The notes under the pieces are model-generated. The model made no database searches. It was given only the letters and a program-made list of their open reading frames with translations, and was not told the DNA's origin. 64,000 bases of DNA, taken from NCBI RefSeq assembly GCF_000315625.1, contig NW_005434532.1:33410-97409 (forward strand), read 5' to 3'. Both the position numbers and the translations under genes were made by a program. Below are positions 1 to 11,678 of this stretch, in pieces (position 1 is the first letter of the stretch; each line of letters starts with the position of its first letter). This stretch comes from Guillardia theta CCMP2712 (taxonomy: Eukaryota; Protista; Cryptophyta).

Positions 1-1991
1 GAGTCGGCCAGCACCTCCGATGCCTGACAAGTGAAGTTGAGAAGAGAACGAGGGAGCGAGAGAAGGGTGATGGGGCAGGAGGATCAAGGTTCGAGCTGCA
101 GGAGGAGAAGAAAGCAAGAGGAGAGGAAGGAAGAGGACGAGGAGAAGAAGGAGAGGAAGGAGGGTGAGGATGAGATGAGGAGGCAGAGGTTGAGGAGGAA
201 GATGAAGATGAAGATGAAGATGAAGATGATTATGATGCGGAGGAGGAGGAGGAGGAAGATGAAGATGATTATGATGAGGAGGGGCGAGACCTGCGCTGTC
301 TTGTCGCTCGATAAAAAGGGACATGACTCTCTCCGCATTTGCCATGGCGCTTCGAACACTAGCAATGAAGGTCACAGGAGAAGGAGGAGAAAGATGAGGA
401 GGAGGAGGAGGAGAAGGAGGAGGAGGAGGAGGAGGAGAACGAAGAAAGGGAGGGGAGAGGGAGATAGAGGAGAGGATTTGGGGGGGGGGGGGGAAGAGAG
501 AGTTAGGAGTCAAGACGGACCTCAGGAGATACTCTCGATCAGGATGGACGTGAACGTCTCTCTGCTGCAACAGGATGCCTTGTCCCCTGCGGAAGGATCA
601 GAAGGGAGGAGGGAGACGGAGGTTGGAGGAGATAGGAGGGTGGGGAGGAGAGAGGGGAGGGGAGAGAGAGGGAGGAGGGAGGAGGGAGGGAGGGAGGGAG
701 GGGAAGATACTTGGGCGGGGCGCGGGCAGCACAGCATGGAGTATGATCAGCAGCTTCACGAAGAGCAAGCTCGGTGCTGTCATTGGCTGTCCAACCTGCG
801 GGAAAAGTAAGATGGGGGAAAGAGACAGAGGAGGAGAAAGAGAGAAGGCAGAGGAAGAGGAGGAGAGAGACGGGAGAAAGGGGTGAGAGAAGGAGGAGAA
901 GGGAGGGGATTGAGGACCTTGTCGTCCTTCAGTGAATTGTGAGTTCCTGAGAATGTTGGTGTCGAATCGCAACACGATGAAAGGATCGAGAGCCTAAGCA
1001 GCATCAGGAGATGCAGGTGAAGGAGGAGGAAGACACAGGAGGAGCAGATGAAGGAGGAGGGGGAGAAAGGGGAGGAAGATAAAGGATAAAGGAGGAGCAG
1101 ATGAAGGGGCAGGAAAAAGGAGGAGGAGGAGAAAGGAGGAGGCGAAAGGAGGAGGAAGATAAAGGAGGAGCAGCAGTAGGAGGACGAGGAGCAGCAGTAA
1201 GAGGAGGAGGAGTGAGTGGTTGTGGTTGTGGTAGTGGAGGCTCCGGAGACCTTTGGACGAGGTTGCAAGGTGAGAGTGGATGAGAAGTTCCCGCTGGAAT
1301 TCATCGCCTGCATCGCCATCTGAGCGACTTGGACAAATCCCCTGCATCCCTCGCCCTCCTCCTCCTCCCTCCTCCCTCCCTGCCTTCTCTCCTTCCCATC
1401 ATCCTCTGATTCCTCACAATCTGCTGATTCCTTGTACTCCTCTTCTTCTTCCTCTTCCTTCTACCCCGATTCTCTCCTCTCCTCTCCACTTTTGTAGCTC
1501 CTCCTCCTCCTCCTCCTCCTCCTCCTCCTCCTCCTCCTCCTCCTCCTCCTCCTCCTCCTCACCTGCTCCTGAAGGGCATCGAAGTTGATCTCTTCCTCTT
1601 GCGAGGTCCCTTCTGAGAACCTGAAGCGCTGCAGCGACCAGTCAGAGGAAACTTGATGGCTAGTCAAAATTTCTCCGCGCGCCAAGAAAAACGTCAAAGA
1701 TTCATCAAGCAAGACTCCAGGGACGTATTCTCTCTAAGAATCACGGGGCATTTGGGGGGAATCCCTGAAGACTCTCAGGGAAATTTCAAAAGTTCTGACA
1801 CATCTTGACACACATCGACAGAGATTGCTCGGCACATCACCTGATAGAGAACTCGCTCGAGGTCCCAGAGAGCCTTGTAACGCTGAGATGAACGTGAGGA
1901 GAGCAGGAGGATGAGGAGGAGGAGGAAAGAGGAATGGAAGAGGCGGGAACAGAAGGGCATCAGTTGTTGTTGTTGGTGGTGGTGGTGGTAG

Positions 1992-2032
<41 letters not shown>

Positions 2033-2353
2033 ATGATGTTGTTGTTGTTGTTGTGGTAGTGGTGGTGGTGGTGGTGGTGGTGATGGTGGTGAAACCAGTG
2101 GTGTTGCTGGTGATGATGATCGCTCCAGTTGTCAAGTGGAAGGTCGATCATACCTGAATGAGCTGCGAGGAGGTCTGCTGGATTTCACTGTTCACCCTGT
2201 AGCTCCTCTGTCAGCCCCAGAAGCCTCTCGCGCGCTTCCTCGACCTCGCCAAGTCCGCGTCCACTCGCTTCATAAGGTCCTTGACCCGTCCTATCTCGCT
2301 GAAGTTCGCTATCTTGACGGCCTGCTCAGTCATTAGCCCCATCACCCTATCAA

Positions 2354-2404
<51 letters not shown>

Positions 2405-5400
2405 CTTGCTCCCTCACCTGCTCGAAGTGGTACTTGTGCGTCTCCATGGTTTCCTGCAGCTGCTCGCGCTTGTCCTCCTTGTCGCATAGAACCTGAGGCG
2501 GGTAAACCGATGCACACGAGGAGGAGGAGGAGGAGGAGGTGGTGGTGGTGGTGGTGGTGAATGTGCTTGTGGTTGATGTTGTAGTTGTGACGGAGGAGGA
2601 CGAGATCAAGGAGGGAGAAGCAAAAAAACGAAAAAGAAAGTCAACCTGATACAGGTAGCGGTACATTCTCGAGTTCGCCTGAAAACAATCCACCCAAGTC
2701 AGACATGTATATCAGGAGCAAGCAGAGAGAAGTTTCGTCGAGATGCAGGAAGAGAAGAGGGATGTAGAAGAGCGAGCAGGACAGAGGAGTGGATAGGAAA
2801 GAGAGAGGAGAGAGGAGTGGAGGAGGAAGAGGGAGGGGAGGGGAGGGGAGGGGAGAGGAGAAAAAGGGGATGATGACTGGAGGGAGGAGAGGAGAGCAAG
2901 GACGGACCTCATGATGCTGGATGAACATTTCCCGACATCTTGGGAGAACAATCAAGTCAGCTACATGACGCTTGTAGAAACATCGAGGGATTTACTTGCT
3001 GTCAAGCTCAGTCTCTCGCTCGTGCTTGCGGGTCCTGCGCCAAAGCCAGATCAGCTCCCTCCGATACTTGTTCATCGCCTTCCTCCTCCACTCCTTCTCC
3101 TCCTCCTCCTCCTCCTCCTCCTCATCACCATCATCCTCCTCTCTTGTTCTTCCCTCAAGAATTGATATCTTTCTCTTCATGCTCATCGACTTCGGCCCCT
3201 CCCCCCCTCAAACCCCCTTCCCATCCTCGTCCTCATCATCGTATGTGCTGCAGATCTTACATCACTGAGTCCAAGATGTTGCATCCTCTAGCAAGGGCCA
3301 GCTCAACGGCTCGGATCTTTGCCGTCAGGTCCTTGGCGATCAGAGCCTGAGAGGGACTTGAGCGAGCCGGAGAAGAGGAGAAGACTTGCTCGCCTGTCCT
3401 GTCTTGAGCTCTGCTATGGAAGACTGGATTGAAGCCTGGAGGAGAGTAAGAGGAGGAGGAGGAGGAGGATGAGAAGGTGGAGGAGGTGGTGGTGGTGGAG
3501 GAGGAGGAGGAGAAAGGAGGAGGAGAGGGGAAGAGGAGGAGGACGAAGAGAAGGAGGAGGAGGAGGAGTAACCTTGACTCTAGCATTCTCTTGTTGGATC
3601 TGAATGATTTCGTTCTCGAACGACGAGAGCGCGCTGATAGAAGCATGCTCAGCCTGCACGTGAAGTAGTGAGCAGCGATCAGCGAGGCAGGAGGGGGGGG
3701 GGGAGGAAAGAGGTCAAGGAAGGCAAACGGAGATACAGAAGACAGATTGGATGACAGCTAGGGAAGGGAAGCGACAGAGGTTCAGACGAGACGAAGAGGA
3801 GGAGGAAATATGAACTTAAAGACGAAGAGAAAGGAATAGGCTGGAGCAGGAGGAGCAGGAGCAGGAGCAGGAGGAGCAGGAGCAGGAGCAGGAGCAGGAG
3901 GAGCATGAGGCGGAGGAGGAGGACCTTGATACAATTCATGATTCTGACGAGCTCTTCTCTGTAGTGTTCGATCCTATCTCGACATTCTCCCTGCACCCTT
4001 CAGTCAGTCTGCTGTCATTCTCTCAACACCCTCGAATGACTTTGCGCGTGCGAATTTCCATGAGCTTTTGCTCGGACGAGTTGTGCTTCTGCGCGGAGAA
4101 GCGTCAGGATGAGGAGGAAGGGGGAGGAGGAGAAAGGAGAAGGTAGAGGATGAGAAGAGAGGAGGAGGGAGAGGAGAAGAGAGGAGGAGAGGAGGAGAAG
4201 GTAGAGTAATGAGAAGAGAGGAGGAGGGAGAGGAAGAGAGGGGAGAGGAGGAGAAGGAAGGTTGAAGGAGAAGACAAGTGGAGGGAAGAATCACAAACCT
4301 GATGGAACATGTTGTCCAGGTTCGACCGAACTTGATCATTTCTGAGGGCACACAAGAACTTTAGCAAGAGGGAGAGAGACGAGGAGAGGTGACCAAGCGG
4401 GAAAGTGCAGAAGAACGGACGGAGGAGGAGAGGACAAGGAAGGAGCAGATGGGGAGGACAAGGGAGGAGGAGAGGAGGAAGGAGGAGGAGGAGGAGGAGG
4501 AGGAGGAGGAGGAGGAGGAGGAGGAGGAGGAGGAATTACGGACCTCTTCTGATCCATCTGGAGGGCATCTCTCTCAGTGAGGGTTCGATTCCTGACGTCA
4601 TTCATCTTGCGGATGAACTGCTCCTTGCCGTCCACCATGACCTCCACGCTGTCGATCTCCCGCTCGTTCCTCATCTGAACCTCGACCTGCTCCCAACGTC
4701 AGCACGCGGAGGCGCCAGGAGCTCCTGCGGGAGCAGTTCGCTATCGGGAGGGAAGCAGAAGGTAAGATCCGGCACGAAGAGCATGGAGGTCGGGAGGAGG
4801 TGGGGGGGAGCGGAGAACAAAAGAGAGGGAGGAGGGAACAGGGATACGGCCTGATGCTTCTGAGAGGAGAGGAAACAGCTCACAGCAGGGAAGCGCGTGC
4901 GATCACGAGAGGGCAGAAAGCTTGTCAGCGCGTCCTACCTCGACCTTCATGGTGTCATCGAGGGACTGAGCAGCAGACATCACGTCCTCCGCATCTCGCG
5001 CCATCCTGTCCTCCCACTTGGCGATCCACGACTCGATGTCACCATGCCCGATGTCGTCCTGCATCATCTCTGCCCTCCTCTCCCCCACAGTCTTGAGGCA
5101 CAGCAGGAACGCCTCGTACATCCGGGCCCGATCCGACTTGGCGGTGTCCGTCGTGCCCTCCAGCACCTCCGCGTTCTGAACAGCGGAGACCACGTGCTTG
5201 TGTAAAGCAGAGCCAACCTCGATCTCTGCTGCCTTGTTCTGCGTGCCCATGAGCGATTCCTTGAGGTCCAGGAGGGTCTTAGTCAGCTCAGACACCATCT
5301 TCATCGTCCACTCCTTCCCTGCCGCAGGGTCACGACCGCGCTGGTCTCATCCCTTTCTCCACCTTCGATCTCCTTCTCGACCTGTCGCAGCTGCGTTGTC

Positions 5401-6450
5401 GCCTGTGTGAGCTTGTCGTACTCGTAGTTCTGCTCGGAGATCCTTCGACGTGCTGATAGTCATCATGTCATCCACCAACACAACCACCTCGTCCTCGTCC
5501 TCGTCCTCCTCGTCCTCCAACACCCTCTGTCCTCCTCGTCCTCCAACACCCTCTGTCCACTCCTCGTCTCTCTCCCCATTCCTCCGCCACCTCTTCTCCA
5601 CCCTCTTCTGTCAAAACTCATCTTTCTAACCACCATCACCTCATCCTCCCCCTCCCTCTCATTCCCTCCCAATCCATCCAGCCACCTTCCCCTCCTGTTC
5701 ACTTCGTCATCAACAATTACATGTGCGGGAGCGCTTCTGAGCTTCAGGATCAGAGCCACTGATGATTTCATCCACAGCAGACGCCTGGTGCATCGGGATT
5801 GTGAGGAAGAGAAGGGAAGGAGAGGAGAGGAGAGGAGAGGAGAGGAGAGGAGAGGAGAGGAGAGGAGAGGAGAGGAGAGGAGATCAGAGAGCAGGTCATG
5901 CCAGAGAGAGGAGACCGTCACCTTCACTCTGATCTCGTCATACTCCGTTGGAAGGTCAGGGATCGGGGCCTAGAAAGCAGCGGTGACGATCGCACCTCTA
6001 AATCTCCTCTCACTTCTACCTCACCTCTAACCTCTACCCCTCAACCAAACGCTCCCTCCTTTCACCTCTACCTCTCCTCCTCCTACCTCCACCTCTCCTC
6101 CAATCAATTCTCCGATCTTCCTCCAACAAGGTCGAGAGCAACACAGCATCTCCCACCCTCTCTCGTACCTGCGAAGCCTCCACTGCCATCCTCGCCATGC
6201 AGTCCAGCGCCAGCTCATCCGCGCTATCACCGCCGTCAGCTCAACCGGCCACCCCCTCAGGCATCCGCTCAACCTGCGATAGTCGCTCTGCTTCAGCACC
6301 GCATACAGCTCTGCGTGAGCTGTGGATGCTTCTCGCTGCAAATCATCTCGCTCCTGAACAACCAGGTCAGTCGCGCCGTGACCGACGAGAGCGCTGGTTC
6401 ACCTTCAGCAGGACGTCGTACGACAGGCGTTCGGAGTAGTCGGAAGCCAT
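1..6450 (-). CDS. Large multi-exon coiled-coil protein of unknown function (3' end runs off the window start)
   Basis: GT-AG exons splice in frame from ATG 6450: MASDYSERLSYDVLLK|ERDDLQREASTAHAELYAVLKQSDYR|ADELALDCMARMAVEASQ|APIPDLPTEYDEIRVK|ASAVDEIISGSDPEAQKRSRT... Later helical exons include 4937-5304 and 2153-2492. Introns are CT-rich low-complexity tracts on the sense strand. No family recognised; it could be two genes. Confidence 0.7.
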
Positions 6451-7288
6451 GCGCCTGAGCTCTGAGGTCCTCAAGCTGGGCAAACATGATGAGTTGGGAT
6501 GCAGACTTGTCATGTAATATGTCGCAAACAGAATTTGAGACAACAAGAACGATGTGTCGGATCGTGTGTTGTCTCACCCTGGTGGATTATTTTCGCCATC
6601 AATCCATATCTGACCTCACCCAAGATTCGCCATCCACTAAATCTCTACCTCATCCTTCTTGGTCCTTCCATACCTCCCGCCATTCCATCTCCTCCTGCTT
6701 CCAACTACAGGCCTGCCTCTCAGCACCTTCCCTGCATTGTCTTGCTCATCGCAACCCATGTCCTGGAAAGCATACAGTTTTTTTTCCCTCATCAGCATTT
6801 CTTCGCCCTTCAGCATCTACTGCTTCTTCCTGCATTCATGCTCTTTGCTACCTGCCCCTCAACTAAAACTTTGAACCCAACCATCCCGCCATGCTGCGCA
6901 CGAAATGAACCCATCGGAAAAAAGATCTCGCCAACTCTCACCCCCCACCCCCTAATATCTAACGAAACATAGCTCATGACACCCCCATTTTTGGGGAGTA
7001 TCCTCAAGAAAAAAGAAGTATTCTAAAACTTATTTTGTTAAAGTTTTGGTACAGATTCATTACTGTAAGACTAGACTGAAATATCTTATATTAGTAGTTG
7101 TAACCACCTCGTCGGCTGTCAAATCACTTAGTTTCAGGACATTGCACCCCTACAGATTCATCACCCACCATATCATTTTAGGTTAAATTTATCTGAGTTG
7201 TACCGGTTCAATAAACACCCCACCCACTGCAATTCCCTGGCTCATCACCCCCACCCCCAGTCAGGACGGTTACGCCTTGAGCGCCTGG

Positions 7289-7328
7289 TCAAACTTCAAA
7301 CTTCAAACTTCAAACTTCAAACTTCAAG
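7289..7328. repeat. (TTCAAAC)n heptamer tandem repeat, ~5-6 copies
   Basis: tcaaacttcaaacttcaaacttcaaacttcaaacttcaag read directly. Confidence 0.9.
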
Positions 7329-7452
7329 CGTTGAGTATCCAAATCTCACTCTCAAACTTTAAAACTCCGCAGGCCGCGTGAAGAGCCAATGGCGTTTTGA
7401 GCAGCAGCGCGAGCAGGAGGAAAGGCGGAGAGACGTTCTAGAGACTTCGAGC

Positions 7453-7777
7453 ATGCTGTTCAAGGGATTGAGACCCTCCACATCAGCAAGAGAGACCATC
7501 CTCTCCATCGTTTCAGGGGTGGGCGGGAAGGGAAAGGAATGGGGCCAGTATGATTCCGATGCTCCTTCAGCCTATACATACACGAATGATGCCGGCGGGT
7601 ACAGCGATGGCTCATCAGAGTGCAACTATGACAGCAAGGGTTTATTCCAGTGCAAGCTCACTCAGCCAATGCCATCAGGTAACCGATGACTCTTGCGCTT
7701 TTCCTGGTTTGCTGATTGTACGCTTTGCAGCCTTTCCTGGTTGGATGGGGCCGCCAGAGTCTTGGAGTGCACATTAA
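7453..7777 (+). CDS. Small (~90 aa) two-exon Gly/Tyr/Asp-rich protein, unknown function
   Basis: MLFKGLRPSTSARETILSIVSGVGGKGKEWGQYDSDAPSAYTYTNDAGGYSDGSSECNYDSKGLFQCKLTQPMPS, then intron gtaacc..gcag (7679-7730), then AFPGWMGPPESWSAH*. Splice phase is consistent. Confidence 0.65.
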
Positions 7778-8187
7778 ATCTGATTTGACCAGAGTCTTGG
7801 AGTGCATATTGAATCTGATTTGAAATCAGGCTGATGTGAACGAGGGAGGGTGATTGGTTTGAATATCATGATGCTGTTGTATTGAGCTACATGCATGTTG
7901 GTTGAACTATCACTCAAAAGAGTTTCGTGCTGTGCAGCAGTTCCAGCAAGTGTAGGTATTTCTGGTGACCACAACTGAAACCAATTGATAATGCACTTGA
8001 CATCATGTTGCCAGTAAACAGGAAGTTTGGTTGTCATATCTTTATAAAGGATATGAGTTTGTCTAAAGATTAATAAATCAGCTGTATCTGTGACAAAGAT
8101 CGATCCGCAGAAGCAGGGAAGCAGCTGTTCATCAGTGAAAATCGAATACAGCGAAGACAGCTATTATCCTACAAGCAAACTACTCGC

Positions 8188-8735
8188 TTAAGAGAGAGGA
8201 GCATCGGCACCCTCAGCGAACATCTGCAAGGTCTTGTGCTCATTCTTAGCCTCGTCAACAGCAACCTTCACTTCATCAACAGCCTGTAAACCAGATTAAG
8301 GGACACATTCACATCGCTTGTCAGATACAGACCTCAGAGATTGGCTCAGAATCAGCGATCTCCTTGAAAAGTTCCTGATAGTATTCATCACCCAAAAGTT
8401 CCTCCATGTATTCGTCCTGGCCAGCGAAGGTCTCGAAAGTGGTAACCATGGAGTTGTCAGCGTCCTGCTCCTCTCCGGATCCGAGGCCGTAGAGGGCGAC
8501 GCGGTTGCCCTTGAGATCAGCAGAAGCGATCAAGGCACAGCAGACGGTGAGTGCCAAGGCAGAGATTGCGAGGGTGAACGCAATCTATCATCATATCAGA
8601 TCTATACGGTCTCAGCACGTATCTTGGTCCCACCTGGCGGGAAACAGAGTTGTGCTCCCTCTCGTTGGCATTGGAAGCCGAGGTTCCGTAGACCTGCATT
8701 GAATCATATCACTGAACAAGAAACAATACAACCAT
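8188..8735 (-). CDS. Small type-II anchored/secreted acidic precursor protein, paralog A
   Basis: Spliced: M|VYGTSASNANEREHNSVSRQ|IAFTLAISALALTVCCALIASADLKGNRVALYGLGSGEEQDADNSMVTTFETFAGQDEYMEELLGDEYYQELFKEIADSEPISE|AVDEVKVAVDEAKNEHKTLQMFAEGADAPLS*. Alternative start at 8699. Clear similarity to the gene at 10679-11441. Confidence 0.8.
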
Positions 8736-10280
8736 CCGAACACCAGGATGACTACAAGTGAACACAATGCGCAAGCCACCATGACATCGATTTTGCAGGT
8801 GGTATCCGTTGAGGACGTCATGGAAACTATGGATGAAATACAAGACCAAAAAGATCAAGAACATCCAACCAATGTCTCGACATTTCAACAAAAACACTGC
8901 TTCACAAGTTTGCATATTCCAGGTCAAATGAAAATCGAGCGGAATTCTATATCTAGCAAAGTTTTGATCCCTTGTACCATACGCAACAACAAAAATATGA
9001 TCACGCATGAATTGCTATACTGTGAACAAAATTCTCTTCTTGATATCCGCATCCGGCAAGCCCTCTCTCTCTCTAAAAACTCTGACTTTGACACGAACAT
9101 ACTAGAAAACGACAGAACAACATCTCCCCCAGTCAATCACATTGCAAGATAACACTTTGAGAGTCCAAATTTCCCTTCCTCACATCAAGATTATCTCATC
9201 AATCAGCATTGTATGCTCTTGCATTGTCTCTTTCTGTGCCATGGGCGACGGGATGTATCACCTTGACCATGGCGGTGTCTCTTCGCTGATGTCCTTTGGC
9301 GCGGCTCCTCAATTTACTTCTATCCTAGGGGGTAGGGGTACTCGAACAGGGGTGTTGAAAATTCAAGATGGGTAGGGGTATGTTGATAAGTAAGGGTGGG
9401 GGCTAATATAGAATATTTTATAATTGAAGTACCAAGAGAGAACAGAGATCTTCCTGATAGGTGCCTATTTCAAGAGTCTACTCCATCAAAGGGGGGTAGT
9501 GTGATTGTATGTTCCAAGAGGGGTTGGATGGAGGGGTGAGGTAGTTTCAATAGTTTCCGGGGTCCTGTTGTCTCAGGTCATGCATAGGTAGGGTACTCTG
9601 CCGGGGGTACATGTATATGCGCTCGAGGTAGTATTCCATGGGTTAGAGATGGGGTGGTCGGAAATCTGGGGGTAGGGGTCCTTATGACAAGGGTGGGGTA
9701 AAGCCTGGTCAATGCGGGTATGCGGGCCAAACTGGTGCTGAATGAGGATCGGATGAATCCGGTCACGGTCCAGTCCTGAGGCAACGCACTGAAGTGCCAC
9801 TGGACCCGTACCCTTTGTGGTTATGGTAAGAAGGTGGGTACTTACAGTAATGGGAGCCGCATGTGAAGGGGGGTACACACAGGTTCTGCGAGTAAGATGG
9901 GGGGTAGGGTAGCACGCACCTACTACGAGCGGCTCTTCACGTCATGCAGAGAGTAAGTGAAGCAACGCGCCATTCGATGATGATCCTGGCTGATGTGATG
10001 CTGACGGCAAGAGTGCCGCCACCGACACTGAGTGTGTCATAACAATGTACAATCATCATGTCGCTAGTTTGCCGAGTTTCATGCCACAAATTCCGAAGTC
10101 CCGTGTCGGGAGTCAGACTCCGTACGGTGCTGGGTGTCACCCGTGTCCCGTGAATCCGGCGCGGCTCAGCTTCTAAGATGGGCAAGCCACTCGCTGAGGC
10201 ACGGTGACTGTGCTCGGCTGGCAGCCGTGAAGCTCTCAGGGTAGTCCGGCGAGAGGAGTGAGTAGATGAAAGAGTGAGTA

Positions 10281-10421
10281 GTTGAACGTTGCCAGTCTTA
10301 GCAAGGCATGTTGAACAGTTGAACGTTGCCAGTCTTAGCAAGGCATGTTGAACAGTTGAACGTTGCCAGTCTTAGCAAGGCATGTTGAACAGTTGAACGT
10401 TGCCAGTCTTATTAAGGCATG
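10281..10421. repeat. 37-bp minisatellite, ~3.8 copies
   Basis: Unit gttgaacgttgccagtcttagcaaggcatgttgaaca repeated head-to-tail. Confidence 0.95.
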
Positions 10422-10678
10422 AGGCTCCGACCGATCTGACAGGCACTCTCGGATTATCGCTGTGTTAAGTTAGTTGGCAAACAGCACTGGCTTGCAGGAA
10501 GGGTAGATAAACGGTAGGAGATTCTAGCAGCCATTTTAGGCCGAGGTATTTGATGAGGATGAAGTCATGAAAAGCGATTATTGGTCGGTATCCTTGATGT
10601 TGAGCGCTGAGCCCGTGTATTGATGACTGTGCGATCATCCTAAACACAAAGCTTTGTGTTGAAACCGTCACAAGCGAC

Positions 10679-11441
10679 ATGGACAGCGTGATGACGTGGG
10701 GATGGCAGGAATACGGAACTTCCGAACTTACCCGGACCCAGAGGAACGCTTCTGTTTCCAGACAGGTAAAGTGTTGTGTTGCAAGCAACACCTTCCTTCC
10801 TCACAAAATGCCTGCCTTCACTACAGATCCTGTACTCCTCCGTCATCGTTGCCGCTGCTCTTGCAGTCTGCACCGTCCTCATCGCCACCGCTGATCTGAG
10901 AGGTTCATGGCGGACCTTCCCTGTTACTGGCTGTTGAACTTGCTGCAGGATCCAGGACTGCTCTCTACCAGCCTTACAGGCCCATGATGATCAAGAGAGG
11001 TCAGATCCTCTACGGCCTCGGGTCCGGCCCCGAGCAGGACGGAGAGAACGCTGCTGCTGTTGCCTTCGGGGTAAGCAGGACGAAATGGCTCCCTTCAAGA
11101 CTCCTCCTAAACTCTCCGGCAGACCTTCGACGGTCTCCAGGACTCTGAAGGCAACGACATCATCCCGGCCGCGTTGGGAGGTGACAACCTTCCTTCCCCT
11201 CCTCCTCCCTCACTCTCCTCTTGTGCTAACATCCTCACAGAGGACTATTACGTCCCCCAGTTTGAGGAGATCGCCGAGTCTGCCGCGGTCGAGGAGAACA
11301 TCGCCGAGGTCTGTCAGGCTGCAAGGACGGCACCGTCGGGCTTACTTTGCCCCGCAGGTGACTGGTGCCATCAGCGAGGCCCAGCAGGAGCACAAGCTCC
11401 TCAAGACCTTTGCCGAGGGCGCTGACGCTCCTCTTGCCTGA
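10679..11441 (+). CDS. Small type-II anchored/secreted acidic precursor protein, paralog B (5' end uncertain)
   Basis: Spliced: ..EYGTSELTRTQRNASVSRQ|ILYSSVIVAAALAVCTVLIATADLR|GSRTALYQPYRPMMIKRGQILYGLGSGPEQDGENAAAVAFG|TFDGLQDSEGNDIIPAALG|EDYYVPQFEEIAESAAVEENIAE|VTGAISEAQQEHKLLKTFAEGADAPLA*. Shares YGT, SVSRQ, ADL, LYGLGSGxEQD and FAEGADAPL with paralog A. Confidence 0.8.
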
Positions 11442-11678
11442 GCGAGCTGACGGTCATGCTGGCGACCCTCCTTGTGGAGAGTTAAGGGTCAGTAAATCGA
11501 GCTACAACTATCGCGGGGCTCCTCTATGCAGACTGGAGGAGAAGAGAGTCAGACTTTCATGAGCTTTCATTCATGTCCCTCACGTCACGGGCTGCGAAAA
11601 TTTGACGGTTGGTCGCTGATAGAGCTCCTTGAAGTTCCTCCTCCCGCCCTGCTATGCCATCGTCAGACATGCTAACAA

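Noticed and set aside
31-1712. Poly-Arg/Ser/Leu/Glu ORFs (here and throughout the window)
   Set aside because: They are translations of intronic GAG/CTC microsatellites flanked by splice signals.
2322-2418. Polyglutamine tract in the coiled-coil protein
   Set aside because: The CAG run lies between a GTGAG donor and a TGAC..CAG acceptor, so it is most likely an in-frame intron.
8748-9375. Short AT-rich ORFs between the paralogs
   Set aside because: No motifs, host-like codon bias or splice support.
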